From: Nitrospirota bacterium
GTDB lineage: Bacteria; Nitrospirota; Thermodesulfovibrionia; JACRGW01; JBFLZU01
Length of the DNA stretch: 51,236 nt
NCBI GenBank assembly: GCA_040756155.1
Contig: JBFLZU010000065.1
Span: forward strand, 1-51,236
Direction: 5' to 3'
Positions within the stretch are counted from its first letter, which is position 1. The number at the start of each line of letters is the position of its first letter. A program made the position numbers and the translations under genes. Shown piece by piece: positions 1 to 7,508 of the stretch. The notes under the pieces are model-generated. The model had not been told where the DNA came from. It searched no databases and saw nothing but the letters and a program-made list of their open reading frames with translations.

Positions 1-76
1 AAGAAGGGGGTGAAATTATTTTGTGATAATTATGGACAAAGCTTCAGGACGAGTTTTATAATTTAACCTGGAAAAA

Positions 77-120
77 GTGGGGAATAAATCTGATACCGGG
101 GTGGGGAATAAAGCTGATAC
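77..120 (+). repeat. Two tandem 20-bp direct repeats (GTGGGGAATAAA[T/G]CTGATAC) upstream of the first CDS; candidate regulator binding sites
   Basis: 77-96 and 101-120 differ at one base and sit in a 24-bp register. TTGACA at 121-126 and an AAGGAG SD at 136-141 follow. Confidence 0.6.
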
Positions 121-146
121 TTGACAATAAGTAGTAAGGAGAAATT

Positions 147-1544
147 ATGCCCAGTTTCACTATCGAGCATGCCCTGTGGGCACTTCTGTTAGGGGGTCTA
201 AGCGCTGTATCACTGCCAATGGGAGCGATGCTTGGAGTACTCTGGAAACCCAAAGCATGGGTGACAGCAGCCCTGACAGCCTTTGGCGCAGGAGCCCTTC
301 TGGCAGCCTTGAGTGTGGAATTGGTAGCCCCTACTGCACTGGCTGTGATGGGACAGGGAGCGAGTGGTTCCAATGTTGAAGTCCACGGGGGTAGTGCACT
401 GGTTGCCCTGTTTGCCTTGCTGGTCGGGAGTATTGTCGGAGGTATCCTATTTATTGTACTGGATCAACTCCTGAATGCAAAAGGTGGATACCTGCGCAAA
501 ACGGCTACTACTATCACTTACCTCAGCCAACGCCGGAAGCGACGAACCGAACGGATGCTACACCGACTGGGCCAAATTGAGTTCTTTCGGAACATCCCAC
601 CCGAACATGTGCAGATGTTGGTGGAATATTTGCGACCCGTAACTTTTGAGGCGGGTGAGAGACTATTCAGACAAGGAGATCGGGGAGATCGGATGTACTT
701 TCTTGAGCAAGGCAAAATTACGCTGTTGCTGGACGGTAAAGAGTTTAAAGCCTTAGGCACCGGTGATATCTTAGGCGAGATCGCCCTGCTGACAGGAGCG
801 CCACGGACGGCAGAGGCGGTAGCCCATAGTCACACCGTCGCCTTTGTTCTACTTAAGGAAGACTTCGACAGGATCCGTAAGACATTACCAGAACTCGAGG
901 AAGCAACCACGCGACTGGCAAGTCAGCGTCTCGACGAACTGCGACATCACCAAGAAGTCGCTGCCCATGCCGCCGCTGATTGGGCAGAGAAGGCATCCAA
1001 CGCTCTGCGCCAGAGCACCTCTCTGCCAACTCCCCATGAGATAAGACTCGCCGCAAGCGAGCACAAAGGTGCCCCGTTAGCGATCTGGTTGGGCAGCTTG
1101 CTAGACGGCGCCGCTGAGAGCTTCGTCATCGGTGCTGGTTTTCTGGCGATATTAACCGCTAAGATGGCTCACGGCATGCCGAGTTTCGTGGAGGTTATTC
1201 CCTATATGCTTATTGTCGGCGTGTTTCTGTCGAATTTTCCTGAGGCGATGTCGAGCAGTATAGGTATGAAGAATCAGGACTGGAAGGCGCCAAAGATTCT
1301 TGCATTGTGGGTATCGTTGATGGTAATGGCAGCCTTAGGCTCGGTTGTGGGCTACTCCGTCGGTGCCGAAGTAGGTCACATTGTTATAGCGGGCATCGAG
1401 GGAGTCGCTGCAGGTGCCATGCTGACGATGATCGCACAGACAATGATTCCCGAAGCAGTGCATCTGGGTGGTCCCAACATCGTTGGTTTGAGCACGCTGG
1501 CTGGATTCCTCTCGGCGGTAGCCTTCAAGATTCTTGAGTCTTAA
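147..1544 (+). CDS. ZIP-family-like metal permease with a cyclic-nucleotide-binding (CAP/cNMP) domain in the central cytoplasmic loop
   Basis: 465-aa ORF with SD. Hydrophobic N-terminal helices are followed by FFRNIP..FRQGDRGDRMYFLEQGKI..GEIALLTGAPRTA, a cNMP-binding beta-roll/phosphate-binding-cassette pattern. Later helices carry LLDGAAESFVIG and LSNFPEAM, resembling ZIP/ZupT TM4-TM5 metal-site motifs. GC is much higher than in the neighbours. Confidence 0.6.
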   Translation: MPSFTIEHALWALLLGGLSAVSLPMGAMLGVLWKPKAWVTAALTAFGAGALLAALSVELVAPTALAVMGQGASGSNVEVHGGSALVALFALLVGSIVGGILFIVLDQLLNAKGGYLRKTATTITYLSQRRKRRTERMLHRLGQIEFFRNIPPEHVQMLVEYLRPVTFEAGERLFRQGDRGDRMYFLEQGKITLLLDGKEFKALGTGDILGEIALLTGAPRTAEAVAHSHTVAFVLLKEDFDRIRKTLPELEEATTRLASQRLDELRHHQEVAAHAAADWAEKASNALRQSTSLPTPHEIRLAASEHKGAPLAIWLGSLLDGAAESFVIGAGFLAILTAKMAHGMPSFVEVIPYMLIVGVFLSNFPEAMSSSIGMKNQDWKAPKILALWVSLMVMAALGSVVGYSVGAEVGHIVIAGIEGVAAGAMLTMIAQTMIPEAVHLGGPNIVGLSTLAGFLSAVAFKILES

Positions 1545-1562
1545 CGATCAGAGAGTATCTTT

Positions 1563-2384
1563 GTGATTACCAATAGCAAAAGAGCCGATTTTCTGAGTAC
1601 TGCTATTAAAGCAGCAAAAGTTGCAGGCAATATCATTCTAAGTAATCTCGGTAAGATTTCGAAAAATGACATTGGTTTAAAGCAAGCATCAGACTTCGTT
1701 ACACGTATTGATAAGGAATCGGAATATGCTATCATAAGGATAATTAAAGAAAAGTTTCCTGATCACTATTTCCTCGCAGAAGAATCCAGCAGGGATACTG
1801 ACACAGGTACATACCTGTGGATAATTGATCCACTTGACGGCACCACAAATTATATCCATGGATTCCCAGTCTTTGCTGTTTCTGTGGCACTTCAACATAA
1901 AGATGAAATAATCACTGGGGTTATTTTCGATCCCTTGAAGAATGAACTCTTTACTGCTGAGAAAGGGAAAGGGGCATTCTTAAATGGACAACCGATAAAG
2001 GTATCTGCTGTCACTGCTTTGCAAAATAGCCTCATTACAACAGGCTTCCCTTTTAGAAAGAAAAATCTAATTGATGAATACTTAAAGCTCTTCAAAAATA
2101 TCCTCCATAAAGTGAGCGACCTGAGAAGGGCTGGTGCTGCTGCACTTGACCTCGCATATGTTGCCTGCGGAAGATGTGAGGCATTTTTTGAGCTTGGCCT
2201 CAGCCCCTGGGATGTGGCAGCAGGAAGCCTCATAATAAAAGAGGCAGGAGGGATCGTTACTGATTTTAGCGGAGGGACTGAGTATTTGTCTACAGGCAAT
2301 ATTGTCGCAGGAAACCCAGTAATTCATAAAGAGATATTGAAGGAAGTAAAGGGTGTATTTTATCCTCTGTCTTTACATCATTAA
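1563..2384 (+). CDS. suhB: Inositol monophosphatase family protein (SuhB-like)
   Basis: 273 aa with GTG start. WIIDPLDGTTNYIHGFP and WDVAAGSLIIKEAGG motifs are typical of the IMPase/SuhB family. Confidence 0.85.
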   Translation: MITNSKRADFLSTAIKAAKVAGNIILSNLGKISKNDIGLKQASDFVTRIDKESEYAIIRIIKEKFPDHYFLAEESSRDTDTGTYLWIIDPLDGTTNYIHGFPVFAVSVALQHKDEIITGVIFDPLKNELFTAEKGKGAFLNGQPIKVSAVTALQNSLITTGFPFRKKNLIDEYLKLFKNILHKVSDLRRAGAAALDLAYVACGRCEAFFELGLSPWDVAAGSLIIKEAGGIVTDFSGGTEYLSTGNIVAGNPVIHKEILKEVKGVFYPLSLHH

Positions 2385-3585
2385 AGAGGTTTTTGAATAT
2401 ATGATTCAGTACCTCAATCTCAGGCACATGAGAAAGGCAGGTGCGACAATACCACCTGAATTTGAGGGGAAGATAGATGAAGCATTGCTGAAAAAGACTC
2501 AGGAATATGAAGCAGACAAAACCCGCTTTGGCTTTGTTTCATCACTATTTGGTAATATTGTCACCATCGTATTTATCTTCGGTGGCCTGCTGAACATATA
2601 CAATACATGGATAGCATCTTTGAACCTCTCCTTTATTATCTCAGGTTGGTTCTTTTTTATGTTCTTATTTTATGCTGGAGAAATCCTCTCAGTGCCTTTT
2701 AATCTCTACAATATCTTTAAGATAGAAAACAAGTATGGATTCAACACCATGACCTTCAGACTATGGATATCAGATTTTATAAAATCGCTTTTAATTTCTA
2801 CTGTCATAATGTCTCTGATTATATTTGCAGGACTTTGGCTTATTCGATTGGACCCAAATCTCTGGTGGTTATGGGTATGGGGCTTTCTCTTTATTTTCAG
2901 CATTTTTATAATGTATATATCTCCTTATGTCGTTGAGCCTCTTTTTAATAAATTCACACCCATCGAAGATGAATCATTAAAAGAGAAAATTTTAAAATTA
3001 GTGGAAAAAGCCAATATTCACGCAGGCAGGATATTCCAGATGGATGCATCAAAGAGGAGCAGACATACTAATGCCTATTTCACTGGCGTCGGGAAAACAA
3101 AGAGAATAGTGCTTTATGATACCCTACTTGAAGGGATGAATCATAACGAGATACTCTCTGTTCTTGCACATGAGATAGGGCATTGGAAAAAGAAGCATTT
3201 ATTGAAAGCCCTTGCTGCATTTGGGATGTTTTCACTTATTGTCCTTTATCTCACACACAGACTCATTCAAGGTGATTTTATTTTAACGCTTTTCAATATA
3301 AGCACAAACACTATTTTTGCAAAATTTATTATCCTTTCATTCCTTGTTAGTATTCTTTTATTGCCTTTGAAACCATTCGTGAATTTCTTTTTAAGAAGGC
3401 ATGAAAGGCAGGCTGATAGGGCATCGTATGATCTCACAAAGGATGTAGAGAGCATGGTGAGTGCCTTTATAAAACTCTTAAAAGAAAACCTCTCAAATCT
3501 CTATCCACATCCACTCTATGTTACCTTATACTATTCACATCCTCCTATACTGGAGAGGATAAGGTATATCAAGGGATTTCAATAG
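2353..3585 (+). CDS. Peptidase M48 / Ste24-type (CAAX-prenyl-protease-like) zinc metalloprotease
   Basis: HEIGHWKKKH (HExxH) motif and a multi-TM N-terminal half. GTG 2353 (AGGAAG SD) overlaps the suhB end by 32 nt; alternative ATG at 2401. Confidence 0.85.
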   Translation: MYFILCLYIIKEVFEYMIQYLNLRHMRKAGATIPPEFEGKIDEALLKKTQEYEADKTRFGFVSSLFGNIVTIVFIFGGLLNIYNTWIASLNLSFIISGWFFFMFLFYAGEILSVPFNLYNIFKIENKYGFNTMTFRLWISDFIKSLLISTVIMSLIIFAGLWLIRLDPNLWWLWVWGFLFIFSIFIMYISPYVVEPLFNKFTPIEDESLKEKILKLVEKANIHAGRIFQMDASKRSRHTNAYFTGVGKTKRIVLYDTLLEGMNHNEILSVLAHEIGHWKKKHLLKALAAFGMFSLIVLYLTHRLIQGDFILTLFNISTNTIFAKFIILSFLVSILLLPLKPFVNFFLRRHERQADRASYDLTKDVESMVSAFIKLLKENLSNLYPHPLYVTLYYSHPPILERIRYIKGFQ

Positions 3586-3691
3586 GATTCTACGAAGGGG
3601 AGTTAAGAGGGGTCAGGTTGGGTTATTTCTTTCACCTACAAATATTAACTTTTTAGAAGATCTAAGAAGTAACAATTAAATAAAGGCTGGA

Positions 3692-4252
3692 TTAAGGATT
3701 ACCAAAACGCTGTCTGAGAGTTCGCACAAAAATAGCGTCTGCTTTTGCAGAAATCATCTCAAGTGGAGAATAGCCTCTCTTCCATGCGAAAAATAAGGTA
3801 AGAACGATGACAATTCCGGTAATCACTACATTTTGCCATGCATTGAGTTTCCATTGTCCTTCCCATACTAATTGAAAAGAATTTGAAAAGGGCCACAGGT
3901 AGGGGATAGGCCACTGATAATCATCAGGGCCACGAGAACCGGCTATATCTCCCAGCAGGTGGAGATGGAAGCTGATAAATACAAGGAACGTAGTAATCCA
4001 CCTTCGTTTCGCGAGCATAAAACCTAAAAGTGTTACCAAGAAAGCAAACCCTATGTTATGAGTCAAGACGTGATGAAATTCCCCATACCATCGAAAAGGT
4101 TCACTCTTTCCCGCCAATAAATCGGCAACAATCACAAGACTATCTGCATCAGAGATAATACCTGCAACGGTTACAAGTGCCCTATCGCGCTTGTCTAACT
4201 TAGCCGTATTTGCAACAAGCCAACCTATAAAGAAATGCGTTACAGGGCTCAT
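3692..4252 (-). CDS. Membrane-bound metal-dependent hydrolase, DUF457/YdjM-like
   Basis: 186 aa, polytopic and His-rich (MSPVTHFFIGW.., HHVLTHN, HLHLLGD). The pattern matches the YdjM/DUF457 family as I recall it. Confidence 0.55.
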   Translation of the reverse strand: MSPVTHFFIGWLVANTAKLDKRDRALVTVAGIISDADSLVIVADLLAGKSEPFRWYGEFHHVLTHNIGFAFLVTLLGFMLAKRRWITTFLVFISFHLHLLGDIAGSRGPDDYQWPIPYLWPFSNSFQLVWEGQWKLNAWQNVVITGIVIVLTLFFAWKRGYSPLEMISAKADAIFVRTLRQRFGNP

Positions 4253-4337
4253 TACCTTACCTCAGAATTCACACCGAGTCTCCATCAATAAGCAATTTTT
4301 TGTTTTTCATAGTAGGACATCTTTCAGATCTTTCTTT

Positions 4338-4541
4338 TTAAATCGCCTCTTTAACTGATTTTAAAAGAATTTCATAATCCTTTTCACTTTTCACAAATAC
4401 ACCGAGATTTCCCAATCTGATATTCTTTAATCCAGCTTCTTTTGCTGCCTGATAAGCCTCAAGCATTTGATCTACATCTGGACTGGGAACATCTTTGAGC
4501 TTATATTCGCCAAAGAAGGCTAAAATGGTAAATGGAATCTC
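4338..4541 (-). pseudogene. Start-less remnant encoding the C-terminal ~67 aa of a second radical-SAM activase-like protein
   Basis: Open frame EIPFTILAFFGEYKLKDVPSPDVDQMLEAYQAAKEAGLKNIRLGNLGVF..KEAI* lies directly downstream of the intact gene, in another frame. It parallels the intact gene's own PWHVTRFYPHHKLSHLSSTPISDLERARMIGKEEGLWYVYLGN segment. No start codon. Confidence 0.45.
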
Positions 4542-4543
4542 AT

Positions 4544-5578
4544 TTATTTTTCCTTGCCATTATTTGCTTCAAACCTTCCAGGAATCAAGGTACCGCATTT
4601 CGGACATCTACCTTTTTCAACCTTATTCCTGATAATCTCAAAAATATACCTTTCTATCAACAACTCTCCGCATTCGTGGCAATATGTATTTTCCCACCTG
4701 TGGCCTGGAACATTGCCAAGATACACATACCATAGCCCTTCCTCTTTTCCGATCATCCGTGCCCTTTCAAGGTCTGAGATAGGTGTTGATGATAGATGAC
4801 TGAGTTTGTGATGGGGATAAAACCTCGTTACATGCCATGGGGTCTCAGGACCGAGGCTAATTTTTATCCATGATGCAATATCCCGGAGTTCTGTCTTATT
4901 ATCATTAAATCCTGGAGTAACATTTGTGACGCACTCTACATGCATTCCATATTCCTTCGCCTTTTTAGTTATTTCGAGGATTCCTTCAAACCCTTCTATA
5001 TGACAGGTTCTAAGATATGTCCTGTCAGAAAATGCTTTTATATCAACCCTGTAAACATCAAGGAATGGTGCAATCGCCTCCAAAGCTTCTCCTGTAATAA
5101 ATCCATTGGTCACATAATTTGTATAAAGTCCTTGAGCTCTGGCAAGCCTTGCACCATCAAGGGTATATTCGAACCATAGTGCTGGCTCATTGAATGTCCA
5201 GGAGATGCCAATACACCCTGTAGACTTTGCCTTTAAGACCAATTCTTCTGGAGGCAGATATTCTGTATACATCGTTCCTACTTTCCAGTGTGATATATCC
5301 CAGTTCTGGCAGCCGGGGCATCTGAAGTTACAGCCAACACTGCCAAGAGAAAGCCACCTTGAGCCAGGGTAGAAATGAAAGACAGGTTTTTTCTCGATGG
5401 GGTTTATTGATAAAGATGATACTTCTCCATATATCAGGCTATAGAGCATTTCGCCTTTATTCATCCTTGTATGACACCAGCCCTTTTTGCCTTCTGAGAT
5501 AACACACCTTCTCTGGCAGGTAAGGCATATGACCTTTCCATCAGCAAGCCCTGTGTACAGATACGCCTCTTTTTCCAT
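4544..5578 (-). CDS. amrS: AmmeMemoRadiSam-system-type radical SAM enzyme (PflA-like activase family)
   Basis: CNFRCPGCQNWDIS (CxxxCxxC) cluster motif, N-terminal CLTCQRRC, and a C-terminal CHECG..CPKCG zinc-ribbon tail. Confidence 0.75.
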   Translation of the reverse strand: MEKEAYLYTGLADGKVICLTCQRRCVISEGKKGWCHTRMNKGEMLYSLIYGEVSSLSINPIEKKPVFHFYPGSRWLSLGSVGCNFRCPGCQNWDISHWKVGTMYTEYLPPEELVLKAKSTGCIGISWTFNEPALWFEYTLDGARLARAQGLYTNYVTNGFITGEALEAIAPFLDVYRVDIKAFSDRTYLRTCHIEGFEGILEITKKAKEYGMHVECVTNVTPGFNDNKTELRDIASWIKISLGPETPWHVTRFYPHHKLSHLSSTPISDLERARMIGKEEGLWYVYLGNVPGHRWENTYCHECGELLIERYIFEIIRNKVEKGRCPKCGTLIPGRFEANNGKEK

Positions 5579-5636
5579 AAATTAATTTTAAACCTTAATC
5601 CGAACAGTTACAAATTTTTAATACAACATAAATTTG

Positions 5637-5665
5637 TTGCAAGCATATAAAATACCTCATATAAT
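5637..5665 (+). promoter_or_regulatory. Sigma-70-type promoter candidate for ald
   Basis: TTGCAA (5637-5642), 17-nt spacer, TATAAT (5660-5665). GAGGA SD at 5681-5685 and GTG at 5693. Confidence 0.5.
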
Positions 5666-5692
5666 AATCGCCATCTGTTTGAGGATTGTAGC

Positions 5693-6808
5693 GTGATAAT
5701 AGGTGTTCCAAAAGAGATAAAGAAAGAGGAATACAGGGTTGGAATTACACCCTTTGGTGTTGAAGAACTCAAAAGGGATGGTCATACAATCCTTATAGAG
5801 ACTGGCGCTGGTGAAGGTAGTGGCTTTTCTGACGATGAATATTTGAAGGTAGATGCTGATATTGTTGACAGGGAAATTCTATTCAAAAAGGCAGAACTCA
5901 TCGTCAAGGTAAAGGAGCCTTCCCCCTCTGAGTACGATTTGCTCAGAGAGAGGCAGGCAATCTTCACATACCTCCATCTGGCACCAAACCGTGAACTTAC
6001 AGAACTACTCCTGAATAAAAAGGTGATTGCTCTCGGATATGAAACCCTCCAGAAAGATGGAACCCTTCCTTTACTTGCTCCGATGAGTGAGATTGCTGGC
6101 AGAATGGCACCCATCATGGGTTCATACTACCTTCAGAAGATTAATGGAGGCGAAGGGATTCTCTCTACAGGGGCAGGCGGAGTCAAACCTGCAAAGGCAT
6201 TGATACTCGGTGCAGGTATTGTTGGCACCAATGCTGCCCGTGTCTGTATCGGGCTTGGAATGGATACTGTTGTAATAAATAGAGGGTCAGAAAGATTGCA
6301 GAAGATCGATGAAATATTTCTGGGAAGAGTAAAGACCTTACCCCTTACAGAACATAATATAAAGGAAGAGATAAGGGATGCAGATATTGTAATTGGAGCA
6401 GTTCTTGTCCCCGGTGGAAGAACCCCGATACTGATAAGCAGAGAGATGCTTAAGACCATGAAAAAAGGCACTGTAATAATAGATGTATCTGTGGATCAGG
6501 GTGGATGTGTGGAGACATCAAGACCCACCACACATGATAATCCTGTTTATGAGGTTGATGGCATAATTCATTATACAGTTGCAAATATGCCCGGTGCATA
6601 TCCAAGGACATCAACCCTTGCACTGACTAATGCAACACTCACATATATCAAAACTATAGCTAACAAAGGCATCGAAAGAGCAATCAAGGAAGACCCCACC
6701 ATCAAAAGCGCTCTTAACACTTACAGGGGTGAGGTTGTTCATAAGACACTGGCAGATTCAATGGGTATCGCTTATAAAAATATTGCTGAAATCTTAATGC
6801 TCCCCTGA
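5693..6808 (+). CDS. ald: Alanine dehydrogenase
   Basis: 371 aa. MIIGVPKEIKKEEYRVGITP N-terminus and LGAGIVGTNAARV Rossmann motif; length and overall pattern fit the Ald family. Confidence 0.9.
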   Translation: MIIGVPKEIKKEEYRVGITPFGVEELKRDGHTILIETGAGEGSGFSDDEYLKVDADIVDREILFKKAELIVKVKEPSPSEYDLLRERQAIFTYLHLAPNRELTELLLNKKVIALGYETLQKDGTLPLLAPMSEIAGRMAPIMGSYYLQKINGGEGILSTGAGGVKPAKALILGAGIVGTNAARVCIGLGMDTVVINRGSERLQKIDEIFLGRVKTLPLTEHNIKEEIRDADIVIGAVLVPGGRTPILISREMLKTMKKGTVIIDVSVDQGGCVETSRPTTHDNPVYEVDGIIHYTVANMPGAYPRTSTLALTNATLTYIKTIANKGIERAIKEDPTIKSALNTYRGEVVHKTLADSMGIAYKNIAEILMLP

Positions 6809-6837
6809 AAGACTTGAAAATGCAAAGCGAGCGAATT

Positions 6838-6945
6838 CCCCGCAGCTTGCTGCGGGGTAAGCAAGCAAATATAAAATGAAATAATTCCTTACATTTCGAA
6901 GATCCCCTGCAGCTTGCTGGAGTCCCCTGCTGCAGGAGAGCTTCG
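6838..6945. repeat. Cluster of GC-rich hairpin/repeat units sharing the core CYGCAGCTTGCTG
   Basis: CCCCGCAG-CTTG-CTGCGGGG is a perfect 8-bp-stem hairpin at 6838-6857. A second unit CCTGCAGCTTGCTGG sits at 6906-6920, followed by CCCCTGCTGCAGGAG. The cluster starts 30 nt after the ald stop and has no U-tract. Confidence 0.7.
6879..6918 (+). repeat. Left copy of a 40-nt imperfect inverted repeat (partner at 48858-48897)
   Basis: The reverse complement of 6879-6918 (AGCAAGCTGCAGGGGATCTTCGAAATGTAAGGAATTATTT) matches 48858-48897 at 35/40 positions. Confidence 0.8.
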
Positions 6946-7029
6946 ATAAAGAGAATCTGTCATACCGAACTTGTGGGTTAACTTTTTAGAAGGTAATACC
7001 TACCTATCCGAGTCACCTCGAAAATTTGC

Positions 7030-7064
7030 TTGACAAAAGCCTTAATTTATGATTCAATTGAATC
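7030..7064 (+). promoter_or_regulatory. Promoter candidate with overlapping perfect 14-bp palindromic operator
   Basis: TTGACA (7030-7035), 17 nt, TTCAAT (7053-7058). GATTCAATTGAATC (7051-7064) is a perfect palindrome covering the -10. Confidence 0.45.
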
Positions 7065-7094
7065 AGTTGAAGAATTAATGTTCAGGAGGTAGCT

Positions 7095-7268
7095 ATGGCT
7101 AAGAATGCACCTTATGGAGATAATCACAGGCAAGGCGCAGTTAGAGACCGTTCACAAGTTCACAATCCACATAATGAGCGATGGATTAAGAGAGATATAG
7201 CCACAGGAAGATTTATTGATCAAAAAGCGGATAAAGAACCGTTTAAAGGGGTGAGGAAAGAAAAGTAA
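7095..7268 (+). CDS. Small basic hypothetical protein (57 aa)
   Basis: Below the ORF-track cutoff. AGGAGG SD 7084-7089, ATG 7095, TAA 7266-7268. MAKNAPYGDNHRQGAVRDRSQVHNPHNERWIKRDIATGRFIDQKADKEPFKGVRKEK; no TM segment. Confidence 0.55.
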   Translation: MAKNAPYGDNHRQGAVRDRSQVHNPHNERWIKRDIATGRFIDQKADKEPFKGVRKEK

Positions 7269-7357
7269 ATATCTATCATACTGTTTTGTGCCCAATATTT
7301 TGGATACCGACTAAAGGGAGACGATATTTGGGCAAGCTGAATAAGGAGGTGATGCCC

Positions 7358-7495
7358 ATGGTTAAAGGTTTTTCGTTATTGACGTGGCTTATAGGAAAAT
7401 TTCTTGCCATAAAGTGGTTTGTCATCACAAGCATCGTATTTGAATTAGTCTCTAAAGTGTCGGGCAGAAGACAGTATATAGTATGGCAGGGATGA
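7358..7495 (+). CDS. Small hydrophobic (single/double TM) hypothetical protein, ~45 aa
   Basis: AAGGAGG SD at 7343-7349. ATG at 7358 (or 7352), within track ORF 7286-7495. MVKGFSLLTWLIGKFLAIKWFVITSIVFELV is hydrophobic. Ends 14 nt before the 471-aa gene. Confidence 0.4.
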   Translation: MVKGFSLLTWLIGKFLAIKWFVITSIVFELVSKVSGRRQYIVWQG

Positions 7496-7508
7496 GAAAA
7501 ATATTTCT

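Noticed and set aside
121-126. TTGACA as a -35 box for the first gene
   Set aside because: There is no acceptable -10 hexamer at a 16-18-nt spacing. That region is occupied by the AAGGAG ribosome-binding site only 5 nt from the ATG.
56-1129. Several 60-105-aa ORFs antisense to or overlapping the 465-aa permease gene (56-373, 176-379, 518-760, 844-1056, 947-1129)
   Set aside because: High-GC DNA generates long spurious frames. All are nested in a well-supported longer CDS and lack an RBS.

The same reasoning discards nested or antisense ORFs throughout the window: 1892-2299, 5782-6471, 21162-21611, 32106-32725, 44011-44352, 46218-46523 and 47676-47990.
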